From Fidelibacterota bacterium (lineage in GTDB: Bacteria; Fidelibacterota; UBA2242): DNA of 44,879 nt. Shown in pieces: positions 19,517 to 29,697 of the stretch. Location: positions 1 through 44,879 of the forward strand of contig JBNGDF010000010.1 in assembly GCA_049975265.1 (NCBI GenBank), read 5' to 3'. Under the pieces are notes generated by a model. That model was not told the DNA's origin, did not search any database, and saw only the letters and a list, made by a program, of their open reading frames with translations. Position 1 is the stretch's first letter, and each line of letters opens with the position of its first letter. Position numbers and translations under genes: made by a program.

Positions 19517-20719
19517 ATGAAACATTTGAATCGTCGTAATTTCCTGAAATCCGCCGCCGGTCTCGGTGGCTACGTAATACTCTCACCGGAGAGGTCTCTG
19601 GAGACGGTTTCACCGGTAGAAAAGAAGATCAAACCGGTGTATCGGACGCTCGGCAAAACCGGTCTGAAGCTGCCGGTCATCAGTATGGGCGTTATGAATT
19701 CCGATAATCCGAATCTGGTAAAAGCCGCTCTGGATGCCGGCATTGTCCACCTGGATACCGCGCATGGCTACCAGCAAGGTCGCAACGAAAAAATTATCGG
19801 CTCGGTGATCAGGAATTACCCCCGCGACTCTTACGTCATTGCCACCAAAATTTACGACAATGCCCGTGATCGCGAAAAGGGTACATTTACTGAAAGGGCT
19901 ACGGAAAAGGGTTTTTTGCAAAAATTCGACGAAAGCCTTGCCCGGCTCGATCTCGATTATGTGGATATTCTATATCTGCACAGCGCCTACACCCGGGCAA
20001 TGACGCTCTATAAACCCTTCATGAATGCGATGGCGCAATTGAAAAAAGACGGGCGCATCCGCTTTGCCGGAGTATCCACCCACTGGAACGAACCGGAAAT
20101 CATCCAGGCGGCGATAGACAGCCAGTTTTACGATGTCGTTCTGACCTCCTATAATTTTAAACAGGATCACCTGGCGCAGATGAATGATGCGATTGCAAAG
20201 GCGGCGGCTGCCGGTCTGGGAATCATCGGTATGAAGACTCTTGCCGGCGGCTATCTGGATGAAGCCCGGACGAAACCGGTCGATCCGCAAGCCGCTATTC
20301 GGTTTGCCCTGAAAAATCCCAATATCCACACCATTATTCCGGGCTTTACCACGTTTGACCAGATGAATACTGACATTGCTGTGATGGAAAACCTGAAATT
20401 TACAGAAAGAGATTCCGATATCCTCGAAATCGGGCAGAGTTCACCCAGCGGTGGCGTTTATTGTCAGGGATGCCGGATCTGTCTCGATCAGTGCCCTCAC
20501 AAACTACCGATTCCCGACCTGATGCGGGCGCATATGTACGCCGCAGCATATAAAAATTACGGGGCTGCCAGGGATCTGCTCGCCTCTCTGGAATCAAGTA
20601 CAAATTGGTGTCATGACTGCCACACCTGCAGCGTCCAATGCTCCAAAGGATTCGACATTAAACACAAAATCACAGAAATTTGTACTTTGAACAACGTACC
20701 CTACCAATTTTTTATTTAG
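19517..20719 (+). CDS. Tat-signal aldo/keto reductase with C-terminal Fe-S domain
   Basis: NRRNFLK, YRTLGKTG, DTAHGY, IATK, DILYLH; CQGCRICLDQCP and CHDCHTC...C. Confidence 0.9.
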   Translation: MKHLNRRNFLKSAAGLGGYVILSPERSLETVSPVEKKIKPVYRTLGKTGLKLPVISMGVMNSDNPNLVKAALDAGIVHLDTAHGYQQGRNEKIIGSVIRNYPRDSYVIATKIYDNARDREKGTFTERATEKGFLQKFDESLARLDLDYVDILYLHSAYTRAMTLYKPFMNAMAQLKKDGRIRFAGVSTHWNEPEIIQAAIDSQFYDVVLTSYNFKQDHLAQMNDAIAKAAAAGLGIIGMKTLAGGYLDEARTKPVDPQAAIRFALKNPNIHTIIPGFTTFDQMNTDIAVMENLKFTERDSDILEIGQSSPSGGVYCQGCRICLDQCPHKLPIPDLMRAHMYAAAYKNYGAARDLLASLESSTNWCHDCHTCSVQCSKGFDIKHKITEICTLNNVPYQFFI

Positions 20720-20727
20720 GATCGACC

Positions 20728-21621
20728 ATGCCAGAAAACAGCCGCTTTCCACACCTGATATTTTGCGCAATACTGTTTATCACAATCACCACGGGCATTA
20801 TTTATCCCAATAAGGCTTACTGTGTCGAACAACGTAAGTACCCCAAAATCGGTAAATGGAAACCACTCAGGGATATCGAGATATATACACCGGAAAATCT
20901 TTTTGACTATATCAACGGCGCCGCCGAGCTCTATCTGAGCTACGATTTGAAGCAGCTCGATGTGGTGTATTACAGAAACAGGCAAAAGCAGGAAATCACC
21001 CTGGAAGTATATACCCACATCTCCCCACTCCACGCATTTGGCATTTACAGTCAGGAGCGCCCTGCTGACGGGCAGTATTTTGATATCGGAGCAGAAAGTT
21101 ACATTACCGGTTCCGGGGTGTACATTCTAACCGGACGTCATTACGTAAAAATCCATACCTATGATCTGCCCGATCATCAAAATGAAATTCTGACCGAATT
21201 CGCCCGCCGGATTGTGGATTTTCTTGGAAATAATACGACTCTTCCTGAAACAATCACAGTATTTCCCGAGAAAAATTTGCGTCCCAAATCGGTCCAGTTC
21301 GTCGCCGAAAATCTGCTGGGCTATTCCTTTTTCGGTGAAGGTTTTCAGGCGTATTACGATATGGGCGACGAATCCTGTCGGCTTTTCATTATTAAAAAAA
21401 ATTCCATCAAAGAAGCCAACGATCTGTTTGATAAATATATCTTCCATATTCGCCATGCTCCCCGGATTCCGGGCAGTGATCACTACATCGTTAAAGACCC
21501 CTTTCACGGTCCCGGTATCCTTCGTAAATGCCACCATTTTGTATACGGCGCTTTTGGTCTTTCCAATACGGAGCAATTGGCGAAACTGCTGAATCAGATT
21601 ACGGAAAACATTTGTAAATAG
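20728..21621 (+). CDS. Exported hypothetical protein (DUF6599-like)
   Basis: Y.PENLFDYINGAAELYLSY and AFGIYSQER motifs; follows the AKR gene. Confidence 0.7.
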   Translation: MPENSRFPHLIFCAILFITITTGIIYPNKAYCVEQRKYPKIGKWKPLRDIEIYTPENLFDYINGAAELYLSYDLKQLDVVYYRNRQKQEITLEVYTHISPLHAFGIYSQERPADGQYFDIGAESYITGSGVYILTGRHYVKIHTYDLPDHQNEILTEFARRIVDFLGNNTTLPETITVFPEKNLRPKSVQFVAENLLGYSFFGEGFQAYYDMGDESCRLFIIKKNSIKEANDLFDKYIFHIRHAPRIPGSDHYIVKDPFHGPGILRKCHHFVYGAFGLSNTEQLAKLLNQITENICK

Positions 21622-21817
21622 TCCGGCCTATTAAGAATTTCACAGATATGAAATCCGTAGCTGTTCAGCCGGAATAATTCATCTGCACAATCGAATCTCT
21701 CCGAATTCCGATGTATGGTGAAGCCCCCCTGATTTCGCTACTCCCAGTCCATATTTCTTCCGGGTGATTACACACAATGTGATGCGGGAGCATCGTGACG
21801 GGTAAAAATAAATCCGC

Positions 21818-23257
21818 CTACCCCTTCACCACTCCCACAGGTGTGAAGCGGGCGATCTTCTTTGTGATTCCCGCCTGATGCATCGTATTGACAACTTCGG
21901 TGACATCTTTGTAAGCGTCGGGCATCTCCTCTGCCATCGTAGTTTTCCCCTCAGCCATTACAAAAATACCCGCTTCTGCCAATTCACCATAAAGGTTTCT
22001 GCCGCGGCTCTTTTTCTTCGCCTGAGTCCTCGAAAGAACTCTTCCGGCGCCGTGACAGGAACTGCCAAACGTTTCGAGCATCGCTTGCGATGTTCCGACA
22101 CACAAATAGGACTCGGTGCCCATATCTCCGGGTATCAGCACCGGTTGCCCGGTCTCCCGGTACTCCGGCGGTAATTCTCTCCGACCGGGACCGAATGCCC
22201 GGGTAGCACCTTTGCGATGCACGCAAAGTTGTCGCTCCTGACCATCCACATCATGGTCTTCGATTTTGGCAATATTGTGGGCAATATCCCAGATCAGTCG
22301 GAATCCAAGATCGGCGGGACTGATATTCAAAACCTTCAAAAGTGCCTCTTCAATCAATGCCGATATGACCTGTCGATTGGCAAAGGCAAAATTCGCCGCT
22401 CCCCGCATAGCACCGAGATAATCACGCCCCTCCGGACTGTCCAGCGGTGCACAGGCTAGCTGTCGGTCGGGGACATGAATATCGTATTTGCGGGTCGCCG
22501 CCAGAGTGACTTTAATGAAATCGTCACAAACCTGATATCCCAGTCCCCTCGAGCCGGTATGAATAAAAACAGCAATATTTCCAGGAATCAGACCCAGTTT
22601 TTCCGCAATCTCGGATTCGAAAATATCGCTGATCCGCGAGATTTCAATAAAATGATTCCCGGAGCCAAGAGTACCGAGCTGCGGCATGCCCCGCTGATAA
22701 GCGCGTTCCGAAATTACGTCGGGATCGGCACCAGCCAGTTGACCATTATCTTCGATAAAATTCAGAACCGACGAGTTTCCAAACCCATTTTCCACCGCCC
22801 AGCCGGCTCCCTTCAACAACACCTCGCGAACATCCTTGCGCTTCAATTTCCGGATGGCACCATGCGAGCCCAAGCCGCTGGGAACGGCATTAAACAGCGC
22901 CGTAACGAGATTTTTAATGCGCGAACGAATATCATCGGCGTTGAGGTCTGTTCTGAGCAGACGAACCCCGCAGTTGATGTCATAACCCACTCCACCCGGC
23001 GAAATGACACCTGAGCGGGCATCGGTTGCCGCAACGCCACCAATGGGGAAACCGTAACCCCAGTGAATATCCGGCATAGCCAGTGAATATTTTACAATTC
23101 CCGGCAGGCACGCCACATTGCGAACCTGTTTCAGACTCTCATCCTGCTGAATCTGACGCATCAGTTTTTCCGAGGCGTAAATCCTTCCCGGAACCCGCAT
23201 ATCGCCGGTTTGGTGAATTTCCCAGAGACAGGGCGTCAGCCGTATAATCGGTTCCAT
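21818..23257 (-). CDS. rtcB: RNA 3'-phosphate/5'-OH ligase RtcB
   Basis: MPDIHWGYGFPIG, GVGYDINCG, GTLGSGNHF, HTGSRG, HRKGATRA, SCHGAGR, EEMPDAYK. Confidence 0.95.
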   Translation of the reverse strand: MEPIIRLTPCLWEIHQTGDMRVPGRIYASEKLMRQIQQDESLKQVRNVACLPGIVKYSLAMPDIHWGYGFPIGGVAATDARSGVISPGGVGYDINCGVRLLRTDLNADDIRSRIKNLVTALFNAVPSGLGSHGAIRKLKRKDVREVLLKGAGWAVENGFGNSSVLNFIEDNGQLAGADPDVISERAYQRGMPQLGTLGSGNHFIEISRISDIFESEIAEKLGLIPGNIAVFIHTGSRGLGYQVCDDFIKVTLAATRKYDIHVPDRQLACAPLDSPEGRDYLGAMRGAANFAFANRQVISALIEEALLKVLNISPADLGFRLIWDIAHNIAKIEDHDVDGQERQLCVHRKGATRAFGPGRRELPPEYRETGQPVLIPGDMGTESYLCVGTSQAMLETFGSSCHGAGRVLSRTQAKKKSRGRNLYGELAEAGIFVMAEGKTTMAEEMPDAYKDVTEVVNTMHQAGITKKIARFTPVGVVKG

Positions 23258-23259
23258 TG

Positions 23260-23679
23260 CTATATATCCATTATAAAGCGGGCTTTGAATCCACCGCTCT
23301 TTTCTTCAATTTTCAACTGATGAAATGTGACGCTCTTGATCTCCCGCTTCACAGGATGTCGGTTTAGATCCAGGTAATCTCCCAAAAGCAGCACCGACAG
23401 TTCAGCATCCTGAAAACCACCGATTTCAACCTTTGCCGGGAGAAATTTATGCACATGAAAACAGTACAGGACTTCCGCTAAAAATTCCCTCAGCAGGAGT
23501 TCCCGGTCATCGGCATGAACCTGTATTTTTTTTCGCACATTCGGCGCAATGGAGGAAATACCGGCAATCAAATCGGTCAGACAAAGGGCGGCGTTGGCAA
23601 ACAGTTCCCTCAAATCCTTACCACGAACCTCCACACCGAGATCGGAAGTATGATCAAACTGACGGTAAAACCGATTCAT
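23260..23679 (-). CDS. Archease (RtcB cofactor)
   Basis: DHTSD, ELFANAA, EIKSVTFH, terminal DI; immediately upstream of rtcB. Confidence 0.92.
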   Translation of the reverse strand: MNRFYRQFDHTSDLGVEVRGKDLRELFANAALCLTDLIAGISSIAPNVRKKIQVHADDRELLLREFLAEVLYCFHVHKFLPAKVEIGGFQDAELSVLLLGDYLDLNRHPVKREIKSVTFHQLKIEEKSGGFKARFIMDI

Positions 23680-24821
23680 TTATAAAGCGGTAGATCGCAA
23701 ATTTGTTTTAGTACATAATTGCGGATTGCATTGTCTGTCGGTAATTTGGCAACCGGTTTGCCCTTTTCCAGATAACTTCTGCTAATCAGGCGCGTTCTGG
23801 GCGGTTTCGTTGAGGCTAAAACCGCAATATACTCAAATGGCTGTCGCCCTTTCAAGACGACCTTATGCCCCGATTTTTTACCCCGTTTCGCGACCGGTTT
23901 CCCGTTGATTTCGACGATATCCATGGAAAAATCGAGGACCGGCGCATTGGAAATGGCATTGCCGATTCCGTAGGCATCCACCACTTCGTTTAGTGTGATG
24001 ATGTCATCCACCTTTAAACCGCCGGAAGCAAAAATTTTCACCCCTTTGAAGCCACGGATATCCAACTCCCAGCGCACCTCCTTCAGGAGCTGTAAAAAAT
24101 TCCCCCGGCGGGAAGCGGGTGTATCGAGGCGAATCCCGTAGAGTTTTCCTTTTAACGATTTAGCCACATTGACCGCTTCAAACTGCTCATCATGAAATGT
24201 ATCAATCAGGACGATCCGGGGCACCTTTTTCTCAATAACTTTATCAAAGGCTTTGACGGCTTCCACGGTATCGCCCATTAATAATACCAGAGCATGAGGA
24301 ATCGTCCCGGAGGCAGGAATCCTGAGGATTTCACTCGACAACTTCGTTGAGAGCCCGTTGCAGCCACCAATGTAAGCATTGCGGTCGATAACGGGCGCGA
24401 TCGCCGGGTGTATCCGCCGGGTGCCAAAAGAGAGCACCGTGCGACCTTCAGCCGCCCTGACTACCCGGGCAGCCTGGGTTGCGATTCCGGAAGCGTGGCA
24501 GATCAATCCCAGGATTGTTGTCTCAAAAACACCAAAATCAAGGTACTTTCCGGAAATCGTCATAACCGGCAATTCAGGTGTAAACACCGTACCTTCGGGG
24601 ATTGCCTCGATATCCACCGGTTTATCAGCCAGCAGGTCGACTACATCAGATAAGCCACTGAAAACCGCCCAGGGAATATTCCCCGGGAATGCATTCACTG
24701 TGAATTCGGCTCTGACGGTTCGGTTGATCTTTTTGGCTTTGAGAATCTGTTCGGCTCGTTCAAAATAGATATCCGTGACCTTCCCCTGTCGGATTTCCTC
24801 TTCGCTGGCTGTTCTTAACAT
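23676..24821 (-). CDS. pncB: Nicotinate phosphoribosyltransferase (short, archaeal-like type)
   Basis: TDIYF, ET.ILG..C.ASGIAT, SFGTRR, GTIPHA, IRLDTP.SRRG, SGG, KRGK.SG. Confidence 0.85.
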   Translation of the reverse strand: MLRTASEEEIRQGKVTDIYFERAEQILKAKKINRTVRAEFTVNAFPGNIPWAVFSGLSDVVDLLADKPVDIEAIPEGTVFTPELPVMTISGKYLDFGVFETTILGLICHASGIATQAARVVRAAEGRTVLSFGTRRIHPAIAPVIDRNAYIGGCNGLSTKLSSEILRIPASGTIPHALVLLMGDTVEAVKAFDKVIEKKVPRIVLIDTFHDEQFEAVNVAKSLKGKLYGIRLDTPASRRGNFLQLLKEVRWELDIRGFKGVKIFASGGLKVDDIITLNEVVDAYGIGNAISNAPVLDFSMDIVEINGKPVAKRGKKSGHKVVLKGRQPFEYIAVLASTKPPRTRLISRSYLEKGKPVAKLPTDNAIRNYVLKQICDLPLYK

Positions 24822-25192
24822 TAATTCTCCCTTTGTTTGGTGAAAATTACGTCAGGTTACCGGTAAAATCAAGAAGTGGTATCAATCCCTGATATAGACA
24901 TGTCTCTTCCGTCTGTCCAAATATTCAATGATTTTCGATGTTCAACGACTTCAGTATCAATTTACATGCATTTTTTGGAAAATTGGCGTAATTTTGGCCG
25001 GGGCTCAAGTGTTCTTTCAAATCAAAATTCTCAATATCCAATTGGTCCGGCTGCCGGAACCATCCGAACTATTTTGGCGATATGGCAACGTTTCGTGTGC
25101 CTGATCATCTAATGATACCAAAACCTGTTTGGTATCATTCAGTAGAAAATGTTTATATAATTCATGTAAATGCACCTGGAGGAAAATCGCTT

Positions 25193-28180
25193 ATGAAATC
25201 TATGGCAAAAACCTTATTTGTTCTGTGCGTGGGTTGCCTGTTACTGACTATTGCCCTTTATGCCGATTTTGAAGTCGGTAATTACTATTACGGCTTCAAT
25301 TTGCTGGAAAAACGATTTGTCAAAGAGGTCAACGCCGAGTGTCTTTACTTCGAACATGAAAAAAGCGGCGCTCATCTGTTTAAAATTCCTAACGATGATG
25401 AAAATAAAACCTTTTCTATCGCGTTTAAAACAATTCCCGATTCCGACGCCGGTACTCCCCACGTAATGGAACACGGTGTTCTGAACGGCTCAAAGAATTT
25501 TCCCGTCAAGAGTCCGTTTGATGTTCTCTCCAAGGGTTCACTGAATACATTTTTAAATGCCATGACCGGCAGCGATGTAACCATATACCCTGTTGCCAGC
25601 ATGAACGACAAAGATTTTTTCAACCTGATGCATGTCTATCTAGACGCTGTTTTTAATCCCCTGATCTACGAAGATCCGCGGATTCTCAAGCAGGAAGGCT
25701 GGCATTATGAACTGACCGACCGGGAGGCACCGATTGAAATTCGCGGGATCGTTTACAATGAAATGAAAGGTGCTTTCTCAAGTCCTACCCGGGAGCTGTA
25801 TTACCAGATCAACAAAGCACTGTTTCCGGATAACGGCTATTCACTCAGCTCCGGCGGCTATCCAAGCGCTATTCCGACTCTGACCTATGATCAGTACCTG
25901 AATTATCACCGCACCTATTATCACCCGTCAAACGCCCTTATTTTTCTCTACGGTAATGGCGATATTCACAGCGAACTGCAGTTTATCGACTCGGCATATC
26001 TCTCGAAATATTCCCGCTCGGAAGTTCAAATTTCCATGCCGCTTCAGGAGCCATTTCCCCAAATGAAAACAATCACCGCCTATTATTCCGTGCCTGAAGG
26101 AAGTGACACACAGAATCAAAGTTATTTGGCACTGAGTTATGTGGCGGGTACGAATACCGACCGAAAGTTGGCGATGGCGCTTGGTATTCTGGCAGAGGTG
26201 CTGGTCAATCAGGAATCCGCCCCCATTCGACTGGCATTGCAGGAAGCCGGGATCGGTCGTGATGTCAGTGCCAGTTTGAATGATATGAAGCAAAATGTCT
26301 TTCAGATTACTGTCCAAAATACTAATCCTGCCGATGCCGACTCCTTTCATGCAATTGTCCACCGCACAATCAGTGAGGTGTTGAAAAGCGGCGTCGATCG
26401 GGAGGCGGTCGAAGCGACCTTGAACCGCTATGAATTTCGCTTGCGCGAAGGTGATGACGCCCAGAAAGGGCTGACCTATCACTTTACGCAATTGAACGGC
26501 TGGCTCTATGCCGATGATCCGTTTTTATCACTGGAATGGGAAAAACCGCTGGCTGAATTGAAATCCGGCATCCAGACCGGTTACCTGGAGACCATTCTTG
26601 ACAAATTCATTATCCGGAATCACCACGCCGTTCTTCTGACATTATGTCCGAAACCGGGAATGGAAAAAGAAATCAATACGAAACTCGCGGCGGAACTGGC
26701 TGACTATAAAGCCCGCCTCTCGGAAGCAGAAATCGACCAATTAATTGAAGAAACGAAAAATTTAATTGCCTACCAGCAACAGGAGGACTCTCCGGAGGCA
26801 CTTGCAACTATCCCACTTCTTGATCTGAGCGATATCAATCCCCAGGCAAACTATTTTCAAATCCGCAAACGAAGCGTTAAAAACGCCCCTGTTTTATGCT
26901 ACAACACCTTTACGAACGATGTCATCTACGTGCGACTTCTATACGATCTCCGGGTTATTCCGGTGGAGCTTTTGCCCTATGCAAAACTGCTGACCGTGGT
27001 CCTGGGAAGTCTGAACACGGAAAACTACTCGTTCGGCGAGCTGGATAACGCCCTGAAGATGCATACCGGCGGATTCAATGTTTTTCTTGGCTCCTATCTG
27101 GGCGATCAGAGTGACGACCAGCTGCTGCCGAAATTATTTATAAACACAAAAGCAATGCATACCAAAATCGAAAAACTGTTCGAATTAACCGATGAAGTTG
27201 TAAACAATTCGATTCTCGATGATCCTGTGCGATTGAAAGAAATTCTCGTCCGGCATCAGTCCCAGATGGAGGCGGCTGTCAAATCAAACGGCTATGCTTT
27301 CGCTTCGAAAAGAGCCAAATCTTACCATAGCAACGAGGGTATGTTTTCCGAATTGATCAGCGGCATCGAGTACTATTGGTTTTTGACAGAATTGACAACC
27401 GGTTTTGATGAAAATACTGATGAAATCATCCAAAAGCTCCAGGATATTTCGGATATCGTATTTAGTAAAAGCAATCTGACGGTAACGGTGACCTGCGAAA
27501 AAGAGGATTACAGATTATTTAAAAAGGGATTCAAAAACTATTTGAATGATCAGCCCAACCAGAAGGTGATGTATCATTCATGGAAATTTAATCCCGAGCC
27601 GAAAAATGAAGGCTTAATGTCCGCATCAAAAGTCCAGTATGTCATCAAATGTTCCAATTTTATAAACTTGGGACAGAAATGGAATGGAAAAATCAGAGTC
27701 CTTAACCAGATTCTGTCGAGTGACTACCTGTACAATAATATTCGTGTCATCGGCGGTGCCTATGGCGGCTGGTGTGGCTTTTCGCCCGACGGTAATGCCT
27801 ATTTTGCTTCCTATCGGGACCCTAACCTTAAAAATACGATCAAAATATTTGATGAAACTCCTGACTATCTCGAAACATTTGAGGCGGACAACACTGAAAT
27901 GACCCGCTACATTATCGGCACTATCTCCGATCTGGACCAGCCGAAGACCGCATCCCAACAAGGCAACACCGCAGTGCGCTACTATTTTGAAAATGTCACC
28001 CGTGATCAGCTCCAACAGGACCGCGACGACATTCTGAAAACCACCGTGCAGGATATTCGTAATTTCAAAACATTCGTCAGCCGGATTCTCGATCAGAACA
28101 CCTTCTGTGTCTACGGCAATGAAGAGACACTCCGGCAGCAGAGCGACCTTTTCAAATCCCTGGTAAATATCTTACACTAA
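25193..28180 (+). CDS. M16C presequence-protease-like (PreP/Cym1) zinc metallopeptidase with N-terminal signal peptide
   Basis: HVMEH (HxxEH), LNTFLNAMT, GIVYNEMKG, IRVIGGAYG, SYRDP; GGAGG SD before ATG25193. Confidence 0.92.
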   Translation: MKSMAKTLFVLCVGCLLLTIALYADFEVGNYYYGFNLLEKRFVKEVNAECLYFEHEKSGAHLFKIPNDDENKTFSIAFKTIPDSDAGTPHVMEHGVLNGSKNFPVKSPFDVLSKGSLNTFLNAMTGSDVTIYPVASMNDKDFFNLMHVYLDAVFNPLIYEDPRILKQEGWHYELTDREAPIEIRGIVYNEMKGAFSSPTRELYYQINKALFPDNGYSLSSGGYPSAIPTLTYDQYLNYHRTYYHPSNALIFLYGNGDIHSELQFIDSAYLSKYSRSEVQISMPLQEPFPQMKTITAYYSVPEGSDTQNQSYLALSYVAGTNTDRKLAMALGILAEVLVNQESAPIRLALQEAGIGRDVSASLNDMKQNVFQITVQNTNPADADSFHAIVHRTISEVLKSGVDREAVEATLNRYEFRLREGDDAQKGLTYHFTQLNGWLYADDPFLSLEWEKPLAELKSGIQTGYLETILDKFIIRNHHAVLLTLCPKPGMEKEINTKLAAELADYKARLSEAEIDQLIEETKNLIAYQQQEDSPEALATIPLLDLSDINPQANYFQIRKRSVKNAPVLCYNTFTNDVIYVRLLYDLRVIPVELLPYAKLLTVVLGSLNTENYSFGELDNALKMHTGGFNVFLGSYLGDQSDDQLLPKLFINTKAMHTKIEKLFELTDEVVNNSILDDPVRLKEILVRHQSQMEAAVKSNGYAFASKRAKSYHSNEGMFSELISGIEYYWFLTELTTGFDENTDEIIQKLQDISDIVFSKSNLTVTVTCEKEDYRLFKKGFKNYLNDQPNQKVMYHSWKFNPEPKNEGLMSASKVQYVIKCSNFINLGQKWNGKIRVLNQILSSDYLYNNIRVIGGAYGGWCGFSPDGNAYFASYRDPNLKNTIKIFDETPDYLETFEADNTEMTRYIIGTISDLDQPKTASQQGNTAVRYYFENVTRDQLQQDRDDILKTTVQDIRNFKTFVSRILDQNTFCVYGNEETLRQQSDLFKSLVNILH

Positions 28181-28195
28181 CACCGCTCACAATAG

Positions 28196-28234
28196 TAAAA
28201 AACGCCTCGGGATCGACGATGCCGGGGCGTTTTT
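28196..28234 (+). terminator. Rho-independent terminator
   Basis: AAAAAACGCCTCGG...CCGGGGCGTTTTT hairpin. Confidence 0.7.
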
Positions 28235-28307
28235 ACCGGCTATTCGGCGTAACGAAAGTCGGGAACCTGTCTCAAATACAAAGTATTAGAATACAAAAAG
28301 TAGGTCC

Positions 28308-28511
28308 ATGATGAAACGTAATATAGGAAAAACGGATAAAATCGGGCGCTGGATCGTCGGGTTGACGCTGGTCGGTCTCGGTGTTTTTTACAACAGATGG
28401 TGGGGTGCCATCGGATTGATCCCCATCGTTACTGCTCTGTTTCGATTCTGTCCGTTCTATTCAATTATCGGGCTTTCAACCTGCGAAGAAAGTCAATTTA
28501 AAAAAGAGTAA
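28308..28511 (+). CDS. DUF2892 (YgaP-like) small membrane protein
   Basis: MKRNIGKTDK..R...G, two TM segments, FCPFY...G.STC. Confidence 0.85.
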   Translation: MMKRNIGKTDKIGRWIVGLTLVGLGVFYNRWWGAIGLIPIVTALFRFCPFYSIIGLSTCEESQFKKE

Positions 28512-28513
28512 TA

Positions 28514-29269
28514 TCAACACTGCCAGGTTTTGAAATCCTCCGCTGTTTCGACAATACAATCCGGGGGAATTGCAATTTGCCCAATCACTGCAGTCTGTTC
28601 GGTCTCCGGTGTGAAATGAGATAGAATTGTCCGTTTTGGGCGACATCTTTCCAGTAAAAGGGAAATCTTAGCAGGAGACAGATGACCAGGCTTTGGGTCT
28701 TCATCCACACCGGAAAATTCCGTTAGGAGGAGATCAACCCCAGCCGCGGCTTCAAACAGCACATCAGAGAGCTCTGTGTCACCGGTATAGAGTAGTGATT
28801 TCCCTTTCGCATCTTCGAAACGGTACATCAGACTCTGCTCGGTATGTACAGCCTGATACACTTTCAATATAAAATGCTCAAATGTAAATTGTCCCGGACG
28901 CAGCGATTGAAACCGATACGGATGGTTTTCATTCAAAATCCATTTACCAAACAATTCTTCGTACCCGGTAATAATCTTATGTAAGTCCTGGTGAGCGTAG
29001 ATCGACAGCTCCACATTTTTCTGTTCCGGCTGCGAATATTTTCGAACGAATAGTATGGGCAGCAGATCCGCAAGATGATCAATATGGAGGTGGCTGTAAA
29101 AAATTTTTGAAACATCCCAAACCGAATAGCCGGTTTTAATCAGCTGCCGCAGAATCCCGGAACCGGTGTCCAGCAGTAGATTCTCAGCCGCTATCTGCAA
29201 AAAATAGCCTGAATTGTTACGCTGTTTCATCGGAATAAAATATCCGGACCCCAAAATTGTTAATTTCAT
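28514..29269 (-). CDS. MBL-fold hydrolase, RNase Z/AtsA-like
   Basis: LTILGSG, LLDTGSG, SHLHIDH (HxHxDH), YTGDT, GH, LSHF. Confidence 0.85.
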   Translation of the reverse strand: MKLTILGSGYFIPMKQRNNSGYFLQIAAENLLLDTGSGILRQLIKTGYSVWDVSKIFYSHLHIDHLADLLPILFVRKYSQPEQKNVELSIYAHQDLHKIITGYEELFGKWILNENHPYRFQSLRPGQFTFEHFILKVYQAVHTEQSLMYRFEDAKGKSLLYTGDTELSDVLFEAAAGVDLLLTEFSGVDEDPKPGHLSPAKISLLLERCRPKRTILSHFTPETEQTAVIGQIAIPPDCIVETAEDFKTWQC

Positions 29270-29351
29270 AAAAACTCCTTACGTGAATCTCAAAATGACC
29301 TGTTTTCTCATTATATCACATTATATCACATTGAAATAGAGGCTGATACTA

Positions 29352-29693
29352 TCAGCATGTCAGGTGAAAGCCGGCGGCGACTTTTTTGGATGACATGAGT
29401 TGATTAAAGAGATGCACTGCCTGGGCGGTCTTTTCAATAAATACTTCTATTCCCCGGTCCGCTAACAGGTCTGTCAATTTTTTGTCAATTCTCATCATTC
29501 CAAATTTCCCGGTACCAATAATCAGCGACTCAATCTCCTCGAACGGAACCTCGTTCAGGTCAGCAAGCGTCAGAAAATGTCCCTCCTTTCGCCACCAATT
29601 CGGAATAATTCTGCCCGGCACGATGATCAAATCACGGGTATATTTTTCTCCGTCAACTACCAATTCGCCAAAGGAATACTTAACAATTTTCAT
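29352..29693 (-). CDS. Mth938-like (DUF498) protein
   Basis: YSFG, Y..D, WWRKEGH.L, IIGTG, T..AV..FN, terminal FHLTC. Confidence 0.9.
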   Translation of the reverse strand: MKIVKYSFGELVVDGEKYTRDLIIVPGRIIPNWWRKEGHFLTLADLNEVPFEEIESLIIGTGKFGMMRIDKKLTDLLADRGIEVFIEKTAQAVHLFNQLMSSKKVAAGFHLTC

Positions 29694-29697
29694 GGTT

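Noticed and set aside
21622..21817. Possible ncRNA (for example Y-RNA-like) downstream of rtcB
   Set aside because: Only weak pairing, no recognisable motif and no Ro gene in the window. An Infernal scan would be needed.
24822..25192. NAD-regulator operator or small ORF upstream of pncB
   Set aside because: Only a short TTACCGGTAA palindrome; the 78-aa ORF lacks SD and motifs.
29309..29332. 10-bp tandem duplication (CATTATATCA)x2
   Set aside because: Two units only; consistent with ordinary slippage.
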